Shown here one piece after another: positions 38,341 to 49,272 of a DNA stretch of 64,000 bases; position 1 is the first letter of the stretch; each line of letters starts with the position of its first letter. Source of the stretch: Podarcis tiliguerta (lineage: Eukaryota); assembly GCA_965153285.1 (NCBI GenBank), contig OZ229114.1. One strand, given 5' to 3'. The translations under genes were made by a program, and so were the position numbers. Below the pieces are notes generated by a model. That model worked only from the letters and a program-made list of their open reading frames with translations. It made no database searches and was not told where the DNA came from.

Positions 38341-39139
38341 TAACTTAACCCTATCTTCTATGAATGGGTACTGGCCATGATGGCTTTCTCCTACCTCCAG
38401 TGTCAAAGAGGCAATATGTCTCTGAATACCAGTTGCTGGGAATCACAAGTGGCAGAGAGGGCTGCTGTGCTCAAAGCTCCCATTGTTTTCTGCACATTTT
38501 GCGACAGGGAATTTCATCAGCGCAAGCAGTTTCTGAGCTCTGGGTGCAGTACTGCGCCGAAGATTTCAGATTAAAACTGCAGAGTGGAAGGAAAGGAGGA
38601 CCTTTTTCTGCCTCCCCACTTCCAGCTACTCTCTGAAGACTGGAGAAGAGACCCTCTTAAGAATATTAGGGTGGGTCGGCAGGGGAAGGACTAGACCACG
38701 TGAAGAATGAACATAATGTTTTAGCTGCAATTCATTCATTTTCAGCTTTGTATTCTTGTTATTAAAAAGCACGCCTAGACATTCCATTGTTGTGCCCTTA
38801 ACCTAGGTTTAAGATGCCTTTTAGCTCCTAGCTTTCATATCTCAGTTTCTAACACTGGCTGTCCTGTGTCCTGCTGGCGGGCTTCCCATAGGCGTCTTCT
38901 GGTTAGCCACTCTGAGAACAGGATACTGGACTAGATGGGGTTTGGGCCTGATCCAGTGGTGCTCTTTGCATCTTCTTAACTCCCATTGTTTTCAATGGTT
39001 CTACTCTTAAATCAGAATTCAAGCTGTTGCTCCAGTTAATGACTTTATTTACAAGGTGGCTTCCACAAAATCAACACAGCGAAACCTAAGACGAGAGTGA
39101 GATGCAACAAAAAACAAATACAGATTACATTTGGTAAAC

Positions 39140-39663
39140 TGATCTGGATCAGTGTACACCTGCTTAAGGAATGGCATACACTTAGGGCAACACCAGCCTG
39201 GCATTTGAGCCTTAATCTCCTTGCCTCTTGTCTTTGCAGAACGGATGAGGTCAGAGATCAAGGGGCAAGTTTTTGTATCCTTTTGTATGGGGAATAACAT
39301 TTAACTTTCGTTCAGAGTCAGCTCATTGAAATTACTGAATGTATGTTTGCCATGACCATTCATTTTAATGGGGCTACTCTTGAGTAAAAATCTGTATAAT
39401 GCTACTCATACATCATAGGAAGCAGTTCAACAATGATCTCTGAGTTGTGACAACATAGCTAAAGAAAGTGCCTAGATTTCTGCTGATCAACTCCCATCTC
39501 TTTCATCATGAAGTACCAGTATTTTTAACCACTTCAGTTGGGGTCAATTCACATGAAAGACTATTTTGATAATACACTAGTGCCAAGAATGGGTAGAGAA
39601 TGTTGAAAACTCAGAATTATCCTTCCTGCACTTCACTTTTTCCTTGGTGAAAGCATACAGGTG

Positions 39664-39714
<51 letters not shown>

Positions 39715-39992
39715 ATTTGAAGAAATTGGGCAATTGTTTTCTGGTTTGCATCACATCTATTTGTAGACACCCTTTATGGGTCAGAAAAAGGGGAAAGAAG
39801 AGCAGAGTTCAGAGATAAGTTCAAAATTGCATGAAAAGCCTTGAAGCATAGAGACTTTGCCCCTTGCCCCTTGATCTCTGACCTCGTCCGTTCTGCAAAG
39901 ACAAGAGGCAAGGAGATTAAGGCTCAAATGCCAGGCTGGTGTTGACCTGAGTGTACGTCATTCCTTGAGCTGGTGTACACTGATCCAGATCA
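39140..39992. repeat. Long inverted repeat: 130-bp arms (39140-39269, 39863-39992), 593-bp spacer
   Basis: Manual ungapped alignment of arm 1 to the reverse complement of arm 2: 123/130 identical. Confidence 0.93.
39671..39714 (+). repeat. Compound microsatellite (GT)12(GA)10
   Basis: Direct count. Confidence 0.95.
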
Positions 39993-40318
39993 ATTGGCTT
40001 TCCATACCCACAAAGCCACGCGGTTACCAAGCAACCTGTTTGTGTGTACAAGTCGCTTAGGAGTTGGGAGCAAGCAGCTTCAGTGTGGAAACCAGGTAAT
40101 GATGGCCGCACATAAGGTCATGAGCAGGTGGTTGGTATCATGCAAGCAAAGATACATCCCTGCATAGAGTCTTAAATAGATATCGCCAGCTTTCTAACTG
40201 CAGTGTGAGGATTTGAGCACAAAGCAGTATTGGCAAAGAGTTTGTGGCCGCATACCCTGATATCACCCATGCAGGCGCTACAAACAACACTGTGACTTCT
40301 GAGAAGTCGCTTTCCATA

Positions 40319-40532
40319 GGGAAGTATCCAACGAACACATCCTGTCAGCGCAAGGGTTTCCATTTGTGCAACATAGCTTTTTTTCCCCGTACAACCCCAA
40401 AATCTGTTCCAGAGGTTTCCCAAGCCCTCCAGAACAGATTTGGGAATGGCGCAGGGTATGCGCAGGGGGGAAGTTCCGTTGCGCAAGCGGAAATCCTATG
40501 CGCTGACGGGACACGTTAGTTGGCTACTGCCC
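40319..40532. mobile_element. Foldback MITE with GGG...CCC termini (possibly PIF/Harbinger)
   Basis: GGGAAGTATCCAAC...GTTGGCTACTGCCC termini with long imperfect inner arms (GTCAGCGCA...TGCGCTGAC; AAATCTGTTC...GAACAGATTT). Confidence 0.65.
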
Positions 40533-41633
40533 AAACAGATTAGATAATTTGCCTCCTTTGGGCCACAGGCTCGTCTTTTGACTCTAGTTCTGTTTTTCCA
40601 GCTTATGGATGTGTGTTTCCTCCTCTGAAAAGTGTGCGAGTCATCAGACTCATGGTGAAAATGCCTATTTCAGCACAGGCCTCCATCAGGAAAATCACAC
40701 GGTGCAGCTTTTGCTGCACTGTTTTGCTTGAGAGTGTGGATGGGGAATTTCATTCCCACCACCTGCCCCTCCAAAGGATTCTCAGCAACTAGAAAGAAAG
40801 CAAATCCAAGGAAAGGAGTATCAGGCTAAACATTCTCCTTGATGTGCTAGGTTTCTATATGCAGGGAGATGTCAGGGGGAGACATGCATTCCAACACGTG
40901 ATCCCGCAAAGAATCTCTAAAGTGGTGCAGTCTAGCAGCACCACGTGACTCTGCTGATGGTGTATTCCAGGTCCTTTTGTTTGCAAAGTTAGAGCTAAGG
41001 CAATAGGAGAGAGAGTGACTAATTTTGAAATTTGGACATTCAGGATCAAATGGGACACCTGTCTTCTAAAGATCTTTCACCCTCTGAAAGCTTACCTCTC
41101 TAAACTGGCAAACTGTACCATGATAACCTCTGGTGGAAGCGGTATTGTGGTGTCTCTGCTATGGCATCTGTGAATGGGGTAGAGAGCTCCGCTGGCACAA
41201 AGCTCTTTGCATGCAAGTTCCTGGCTGATTTCTTGGTGCTGGTTCAGCATCTATTGTCCTGCTTCACTGCCAGTGCACAGATAAACAAGGCAAAAGCCCT
41301 TGGCGCCTCCTCCCCCAAGCCGTGCTGCATTCCTGACTTCCTCTCTACCTTGGCGTGTTGAGACATAACCTATAGTTGTGCTGCTTGCTTCTTTCTTTCT
41401 AGGTTCTAATTATAGTTAATGTATTAGAACAGGGAAATGAGAATGTGTACTTTCTCTGAGGCAGACACACAACACACACACACACACAAATATCTGCCTT
41501 TGAGGCACTGAGCTCTTCCTCTGACTGCTGGCATAGGTGTGTGTACCACAAGTCAGCACCCAAGGAAGGCACTTTAGGGATGGGCTGCTTCTCTTGTTGC
41601 CTGGTAAGGCTTCAGAGGCTGCCGTTGCTAGTA

Positions 41634-41845
41634 CAGTGGTACCTCAGGTTACAGACGCTTCAGGTTACAGACTCCGCTAACCCAGAAATAGTACCTCGGG
41701 TTAAGAACTTTGCTTCAGGGTGAGAACAGAAATCGGGCGGCGGCGGGAGGCCCCGTTATCTAAAGTGGTACCTCAGGTTAAGAACAGTTTCAGGTTAAGA
41801 ACGGACCTCCAGAATGAATTAAGTTCTTAACCCGAGATACAACTG
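41634..41845. mobile_element. Tigger/pogo-like MITE
   Basis: TA-CAGTGGTACCTCAGGTTA ... TAACCCGAGATACAACTG-TA. A second related element at ~41906-42077 also ends ...ACGACTG-TA. Confidence 0.8.
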
Positions 41846-44800
41846 TACAGTAATGGATTAATATTTAGTGGTTAGGAGGGGTGTGCAAGGGGGGGGAGAG
41901 AGAGATAGTACCTTGGTTTTCAAACAGCTTAGTTCATGAACAACTTGGAACTCAAACGCCGCAAACCCGGAAGTAGGTGTTCTGGTTTGCGAACTTTGCC
42001 TCGGAAGCCGCGCCTTGGTTTCCGAACGTTTCAGAAGTCGAATGGACGCATTACGTTCGAAATCCAAGATACGACTGTATTAAAAGTTTGATTCGCTTAG
42101 GATGTTTTTAGGTGGAGGTGGTGTTTTGTTCCTTTTCCCCTTTGGCTGCTTAGAAGCAGCATAATGCATGTCTGTCACTTGCTTGATCAGGATTTCCAGA
42201 CCTGTCTCAAATGTGCATCCTCAGTGCGGATGCTGCCTGCCTTACTTTGTTTGATGGAATGCACACTTGGATAAGTGACCCAGTAGGCATCTTGCTGTGG
42301 ATTGAGGGGGGGCAGCATCCCATTGAAAACTTGGCGGTTCCAGCAGGCAACGTCTGCACTTGAACCTGTGTCTGATTTTATCCAGCAGCCCTTTTAAACT
42401 GCAACAGTGCTTTGGCTTTCATGGATGGAAGCAGGGAAAGGGAGCTTGTGGTCATCCAGATATTGTTGTGAGGAGGGACTTCTTTTAGATCAGCAGGATT
42501 TCCCTTCATACTACAGAGGCCTCTTCAGTTTGTGAGGACTCCTTCCAACCCTACCCCCATCTCCCTTGTTTGCATCCAGAGTTTCCATGCAGAAGACATC
42601 CAATGGGGTGGGATGAGAGTGATTTTTCAAGCTGAAATATTGTGTGGGTGGGACATCAAAAGCCAGTCTGTACAGGCACGTCTTGGCTGGGCTCCTAAAA
42701 GAGTTCATATGGGCAAATATCTGTGAGCCTGTGCAGTGAGGGAGTTGGCAGAGGGATGTGCTATTGTACTTTCTTATCCTCTGTCCTGGGAAAGGTGGTA
42801 TCAGACTTAAAGAAACCAAGCCATGTTTTGAGGTTCAGCACGGCCCACCTTCCTAGGAGCAGGGCTTTTGGTGTAGTATCATCTGGCTGTCCAGATGAAT
42901 GATGGACTCCATCTTCCATCAGCTCCAGACAGCATGGTCAATGGCTGGGAATGATGGGAGTTGGAGTCCAATGACATCTGGAGGGCCATAGGTTCCCCAC
43001 CTCTGCTGTAAACAGTGGGAGGACTCCTGGAGAGAGAGAGAGAGAGAGAGGCCAATAAGAGCTCTGCAGGTTGAAACCAAAAACTGGGGCTGTCTCCAGA
43101 AGCTAACATGAGAGCCCATGTAACTTGCATGGGATGTTACACGACTTAAGCAACATGTTACAGCTTCCAAATATCCTTCAAGAGCTGCCCCTTCTTGAAC
43201 TCAGTAAGAGAGTGCTTTTTTTCCCCTGAATTGTATGTGTTTCTTTTTACTTGGCATTATACTAGCAACATCTTTTGTCTTTCCTCCTCTGGGACCCCTA
43301 TTTGCTGTCTTTTTTCCTTTTGTGAGCAGTTTTTGAGCAATTAGCACCAATTTCACAACGCTGTAGTCCTCAAGAAATGCCATTTTTCCTACACTGGGGA
43401 TAATTAGCCCCTCTCTTAATCCTTCCCATAAATGCAAGCGGCTACAGTAGCTGCTAATAGATGGAGCTGAGAGTGAGGGCACTGTTAGCATTAAGAGGAA
43501 ATATTCTGTCCACTGGCAGGCAGCTGTTGTTTTGAAGGGGAAAAGTTGATTTTACAAATTATTTTTACTCCCCACCCCCACCCCGGCCAAAGGGCATTTC
43601 CGGACCTCACCACAAGTGGGGTTGCACAATCATTTGCAATGAACTCTTTGGAGAGGCTGACTCCCTCCTAGCTATGCAGCCTGTTTCTGCAGTGTTTGAA
43701 TTCCTTACATAAACGTTGCCCGCAGCACAAGCTTCTCTGTGCAGGACAGCTGGTCTCTGTTATGATCTTAAGTGTCATTTCCCTTCCCCTGATTGGTAGC
43801 GCTCAGCTGTGGGGAGAGAGAGGGGTTTTTTTTGTGAATGGATGGAGTATTCCAAATTGGTTGTGAATGGAGGGTGGTGCCTGCTTGCAGATTCTCTCCC
43901 CCTCCCTCAACCTCCTTCTTCAATGAATAACTAAGCCCCATTGTGCTGCTGGCAGAAAAACAACCGCTCAAACAACACAGAGACTGTTGGAAAGAAACAT
44001 GCTTGTGACTGACAGCTGGAACACCTCCAAAGTGAGTTTCCTGCTGTTTGCTGCTCAGCAAGGCCATGCCTATTAGGAAGTGGGGGTGGGAGAGGACAGA
44101 GAGCAAATTATAGGGAGTGGGGGGGACGGGGACACATTAACACTTGAAATGCCAACATACTGCCAGAATGAAAATGTATGAGAAATGCAGCTGCTAGTGG
44201 TTTTTTTAAAATAAAAACAAAAACACCAGAGTTTAATGAAATGAGTTGTACTCTTGACTTATTGTGTAGCCTTTTCAAACAAGCAAAACCTTATCCCTAA
44301 AAAAAAAAAGAAGAAGAAGAAGAAGCTCAATCCAAGGCACTCTTGGCTCTTCTACTTTGCCCTCCCGTAGAAAGAAGGATTTGAACAGGTCCAGGGCTTA
44401 GCACTAAATGTTCCCTCCCAGATGTGTCCCAACTGCCCCAAAGGAGTGGATGTCTCTGCCCATCTCTGGGAGGCTTTGACAGCACATAGAATGCAGGGAA
44501 CTGCTAATTGGCGGTGATGGCTGGAAGCTGTCAGACCCAGGCTATCCTCTCTCACGGGCAATGGCTGTGCGCTTAGCCTTTGTGGAGATAATACTCCACT
44601 TCCGACTAAGCCAAGCTGTTCTGTTCTGTCACTATTTAGGTACAGAACTCTGACGCACTTGCCTTCTCCTAGAACGTCTTCTTTTAGAAATTAATTAGGC
44701 TAAGCATATATTAGTTGGTTTAAAAATTATATATAGTAGAAGAACTCTCTGCTGTGGCATGAGGGCCATCGCCAGCCTTCCCTTCATCTTGAGTTCAGCA

Positions 44801-45105
44801 TTTTGGCATTTTAGAGGGCCTGGGCCCTCTGAACCCCTCCCCTCCCTCCCCAGTTTATATACCTTCTGGAGACCACTTGCTCTTTCTAACTTTAATCTGA
44901 AATCTGCTTCCAAATTGCAAAGTGGCAGAATGCGTGCTAGTTGGAATGCATTCTCTTTGGTGATTGCAGAAGGAGAATAGGGTATGACTTCCATTTCCCT
45001 TTGGAGGATTATTGACTGGTCTAGCCAGGGCAACGTGCAATCTCCCAGCAACTGTCCAGTGTGCTCCAAACTGGTCTGTGTTTTTCTTGATGCCCCCACA
45101 AAGCA

Positions 45106-45271
45106 TGGGAGAAGGGCCACAGCTCAGTGGAAGAGCCCACGCTTCCAATACCTAGCATCTTCAGGTAGAGCTGGGACAAAACCCTGGTCTGAAATCCTGC
45201 AGTGCCATGACCAGTCTGCTAGATGGACAAATGGCCTGATTCCATATAAGGCAGCTTCCAATGTCCCTATG
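45106..45271 (+). mobile_element. tRNA-derived SINE (internally deleted)
   Basis: Head GGGCCACAGCTCAGTGGAAGAGC and tail ATAAGGCAGCTTCCAATGTCCCTATG. Confidence 0.7.
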
Positions 45272-47783
45272 CTTCATCTGGAGCGAGATATTCTCTTGTG
45301 ATGGAAATCCAGGTTTGGTCTCCTTCAGAATACATTCATCCAGATGCTGGAACAAATAACCTGCCATTCTGGGCTTTGTGTTTTCTGCAGCATTGCAGTG
45401 AGTAAGCCCCTGCTGTTCTCCCTCTGCAGGGGTGGGGAGGAATATGCTGTAAAAGACAAGTTCCTCTAGCAGGACTATTATCTCTGGAGTAAAAGGATGG
45501 GAGCCAATTAGACTGACAGCTTCCACCAGAACTAATACTAGGGAAGCCAGTGCCTGGAAAACGTGGTGGTGCAATATGGTGTAACAGGAGAAGTGTATTG
45601 GGTGACATTAAGGAATGAGGCTCTAACCTGCCGGCCTCAAATATAGCATAGTGATTGAAAGGCACCTGGGAAACTAGATGGAATAATGGAAATTATAATA
45701 GAAGCTCTTAAACAGACACTACTGGCAACTAATTACACTTCTTACGTTAACAGGAGTAGAATGGTAGCTGGTCCACTGGGGTAATTTTGGTATTTCTATA
45801 TAGAATAGATGATGAGTGTGGTTCCTTCCCCTGCCCCATCCCTAAATATTATGCCACCTTTTGCAACAATATTGGAGGCAATGACCAAATCTTAGAACTC
45901 TAGGATATAACACTTCCTTCTGTTATTTGGGGCTCAGGCTGTCAGGCCAAAAGCTTCAAGGGCTCCCCCCCCCCCACACTGTTGAGATACGTTTTGCTGC
46001 AAGCTTTAAAGATCTTGCCAGTTTGGCAGTACATTCCTATATGGGGAGGAGCATGCTGCCGCAGTTGCCCAGATGAACAGGTGATGACAGAAGTGATTCT
46101 GATGGCACATAATCTTGCTGAAACAGGAATCTGGGACATTGTACACAATTCTGTCTTAAACCTAGGAAAGACCCATTCTAGCTGAGATTAGGGTGTGTGC
46201 TTTGTGCCGGTTGGTTAAAAGCTTCCTGTGGAGAAACTACATTCATGCAGCTTTTGCACAAGTTTGGTACTGCCTTGTGTAGTAACATAGAATGCAAATA
46301 ATGCTGTCAACATGATGTTTTGCGTGCTTCAGAGATGAGAATGTACCTCTTAAAATGAGGGACCTGATGAAAAGACCAACTTAGCCAATGACCAAATGCA
46401 GACATTTGTTGGATTCAGCACTGTGTATTTTTAGAACCAGTTAAGCTGAGAGTTGCTGTGACCCTTGTTGAGGCGAGGTGTTTTTTCTAACAAGGTCGTT
46501 CCCTGCTTTGTAATTTATCACCCCGCATTGGCATAGCTGCAGCCCTTGCATCCTCGGAAGTGGACTTCTGTTGCCAAGTCTTGTTTAGGCAGTATAGCGA
46601 TGTGAAGGATGCATCCCTCTCAAAGGGACATTGGAATGCTAGGAGAGCAAGATTGAGTGATCCAATTACAAGCCTAGTTCCCTTATTTCTCTCCATGGAA
46701 GCTCAGGACAGGTACTTGCCCAAATTAGCCACATCCCTTGACATTTTTCGATAGCATTTATTTTTGTTGTGTTGGCATAAAATGAGGTGGAAGACACAGA
46801 GGAGTTGTGTTGCACTCAGAGTGATCCTAGAAATCCTTATGTGTGAGACAAGAACAATTGGTGTGATATGCAAGTACTGGAACTCATTGGTGTGGAATCA
46901 TTTCTGCCTTACAGCTCTGTATTTCAACCACAATGTTTTTCTCAAGCTGTATTCCATAGAGGTTTAGTGGAGTTCCATAAAATGCAGCTTGTGTACCATT
47001 AACCATATTTCCCTGCAATACGCAGCTTGCAGCCAAGGGCTGAGTTTGTTTCAGAGGCACCTGAGGACATGCCATAGGCCTAGAATATGCCCCAGAATTC
47101 CCTGCAACATGCATGATTACTGCTGGAAAGGAAGGGTGGTTAAACTCCGTGGTTCTAACAGAATCCTATTCAAGATGCAGAAATCTGCCTGTGTTTATGG
47201 TACCAAACATATACCACCATATTCTCAATTCCTCTGTGTATACAATCTGGTGTCCTGAGTTCTCCTCATGTTCTGTTCATGCTATCTTGGAATATGCCAG
47301 AAAGTGGAGGTTTGGTCCTTGGGAATGAGAAGTTGTAAAAGCCATGCAGAAACAAGTGTTCTGTGACAATTACCACCCCCCACGTTCTCATTCATACCCT
47401 CCTTTTCCCCACCCTAAAATGCTCTTGCTGCTGCCAGCAGTTAATCTGTTGCTGTTGTGATGCAATGCCTGCTGTATCCAAGTCTAGCAATGGGGGTTTC
47501 TGCCATTCGCACAGCCTCCGTAGTTCTGACACATTGCTGTGGAAGTCTAAATGTGCACCTCTCCAAAGACAAGTAACTCTCCTTAAGGCAAGGAGAGAGC
47601 TGTTCATGCATGCTCATCACTGTGTGGTGCTGTGACACTAGTATGCACAACTTTAGCTCTGGAGCATGAGCAATGTCTGGTTGCATGTTTTTGGTTATTC
47701 CATTCCATGGGAATATGGTTATGTTCTAAATTACATGATTGATTGGTTTGTTTGTTTTTCTTCCACTTTTAATTTTTATTCAG

Positions 47784-47913
47784 TGGTACTTCATGGACCT
47801 CCCCCAGCTAAGATCAAGAGGGAACTCCACAGCCCTTCTTCTGAGCTGTCTACCTGTAGCCACGAACAGGTGCTCTGTGCTAATTATGGAGAAAAGTGCC
47901 TCTACAACTATTG
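47784..47913 (+). CDS. ETV5: ETV5 exon 6
   Basis: ttcag|TG...ATTG|gtagg; 130 nt; [43 protein letters not shown](C), including the SUMO consensus IKRE. Confidence 0.97.
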
Positions 47914-48981
47914 GTAGGTTGGATGCTTTTGGATAGCTTGGGGAAGCATGGAACCTGAACTGGGTTCAGTTACAATTTGCTTCAGTTATGCTGATAAAAA
48001 CATTAAGAACCACCTAGCTGGGAGCTGAGCTTGGTAGGCAAAGTTGGGACCATCAGGGAAGTAGAAACCAAATTAGATTTGCATTCCATTTCTAGGAAAC
48101 CAAATACATGCCCATGTTGTAGTGCTAGTTATTACTCAGTATTCAGATGATTTGACTAATGGGCAGAAAGTTTAGACTCCACTCTCCAAATCCTTCTTGT
48201 GGTTAACCACATCCCTTGGCGTTAGGTCACACATCCAAAGAGCATCATATGTGCTGGTGTGCATGGTACCTGTGATCTTCTAAACTTAAGATATTCAGGT
48301 AGCTTCTTTAACTATAAAGCAAATGACATTTACTGCTATTGGGGCTGAGTTACACCAGGCCCTTTCTCGTGTATCAAAAATCTTCAGATAGCAGTGGGGA
48401 GGGACACATAGTAGATTGCTTGTGTCTTATCCATACATGCAATCTCTCTGAAGGAGACATGCGTGGCTTTTGCACACAAGCGTACAACAGGTGTATACTC
48501 CATCTTACACTCATGTGGGCGGGAAAGCCACATTTGAAGCAGCCTGTGGGCATGATTGTGTGTTGGTGAGTGGCAGGCTTGTGTGCCATTCAGATCACAC
48601 CAAATTCTTGTTAGTTATCACAAATGGGGGAAGAGATAGCTCTCTCTCCCCCCCACACACATGTTTTTCAATGCAGTGAGTTTGTTCCTGAAATAATGGT
48701 GATTTTTTTTTTTTTATAAGAAAGAACAACAATTGGAAGCTACAGTTATCTCCGAGAAAATTGTGAGCGAAGTGTTTTCAAAATGAGCCCTATGACTCAG
48801 CCTGTTTTGTCGCTTGCCTGAAGTACAAAGATTCCCTTGAGGCTGTGAACAACCTCAACTGTTACTTCCTGACAACCATGAAATGCAAACAAGCCAGAGC
48901 TGTCAAGTGCAGCTAGCAGAAGCTGTGGAAATGGCTGCTGCCCATATTTATTACGGCCCTCTCTGTCTTCTGTTCACACAG

Positions 48982-49272
48982 TGCCTACGACAGGAAGCCC
49001 CCTGCTGCGTTCAAGCCATTAACTCCGCCTGCCACCCCAGCCTCACCTGCGCTCCAGAGCACCTCCCTTCCACCCCCGCCTCTGCCAGCAGCACCTGCCC
49101 AAACTCCTGCCCATGCCCCCAGCACAGGCCCTCTGCAGGGAGCGCCCCCTCCACCTGTCCCTCATGCCCTTCAGGAACCAAGGCAGCAAACCTTCGCTGT
49201 TCCCCGGCCGCCTCATCAACCTATTCAGATGCCAAAGATGATGCCTGAAAACCAGTATCCAACAGAACACAG
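48982..49272 (+). CDS. ETV5: ETV5 exon 7 (proline-rich)
   Basis: acag|T...ACAG|gtaaag; 291 nt; [22 protein letters not shown]...[29 protein letters not shown](R). The ORF track reads this region in the wrong frame. Confidence 0.96.

Noticed and set aside
37918-38406. 162-aa minus-strand ORF as a gene
   Set aside because: Frameshifted BovB remnant plus flanking DNA.
48883-49248. 121-aa Cys/Pro-rich ORF overlapping ETV5 exon 7 in another frame
   Set aside because: Alternative-frame reading of a C-rich exon; no independent support for dual coding.
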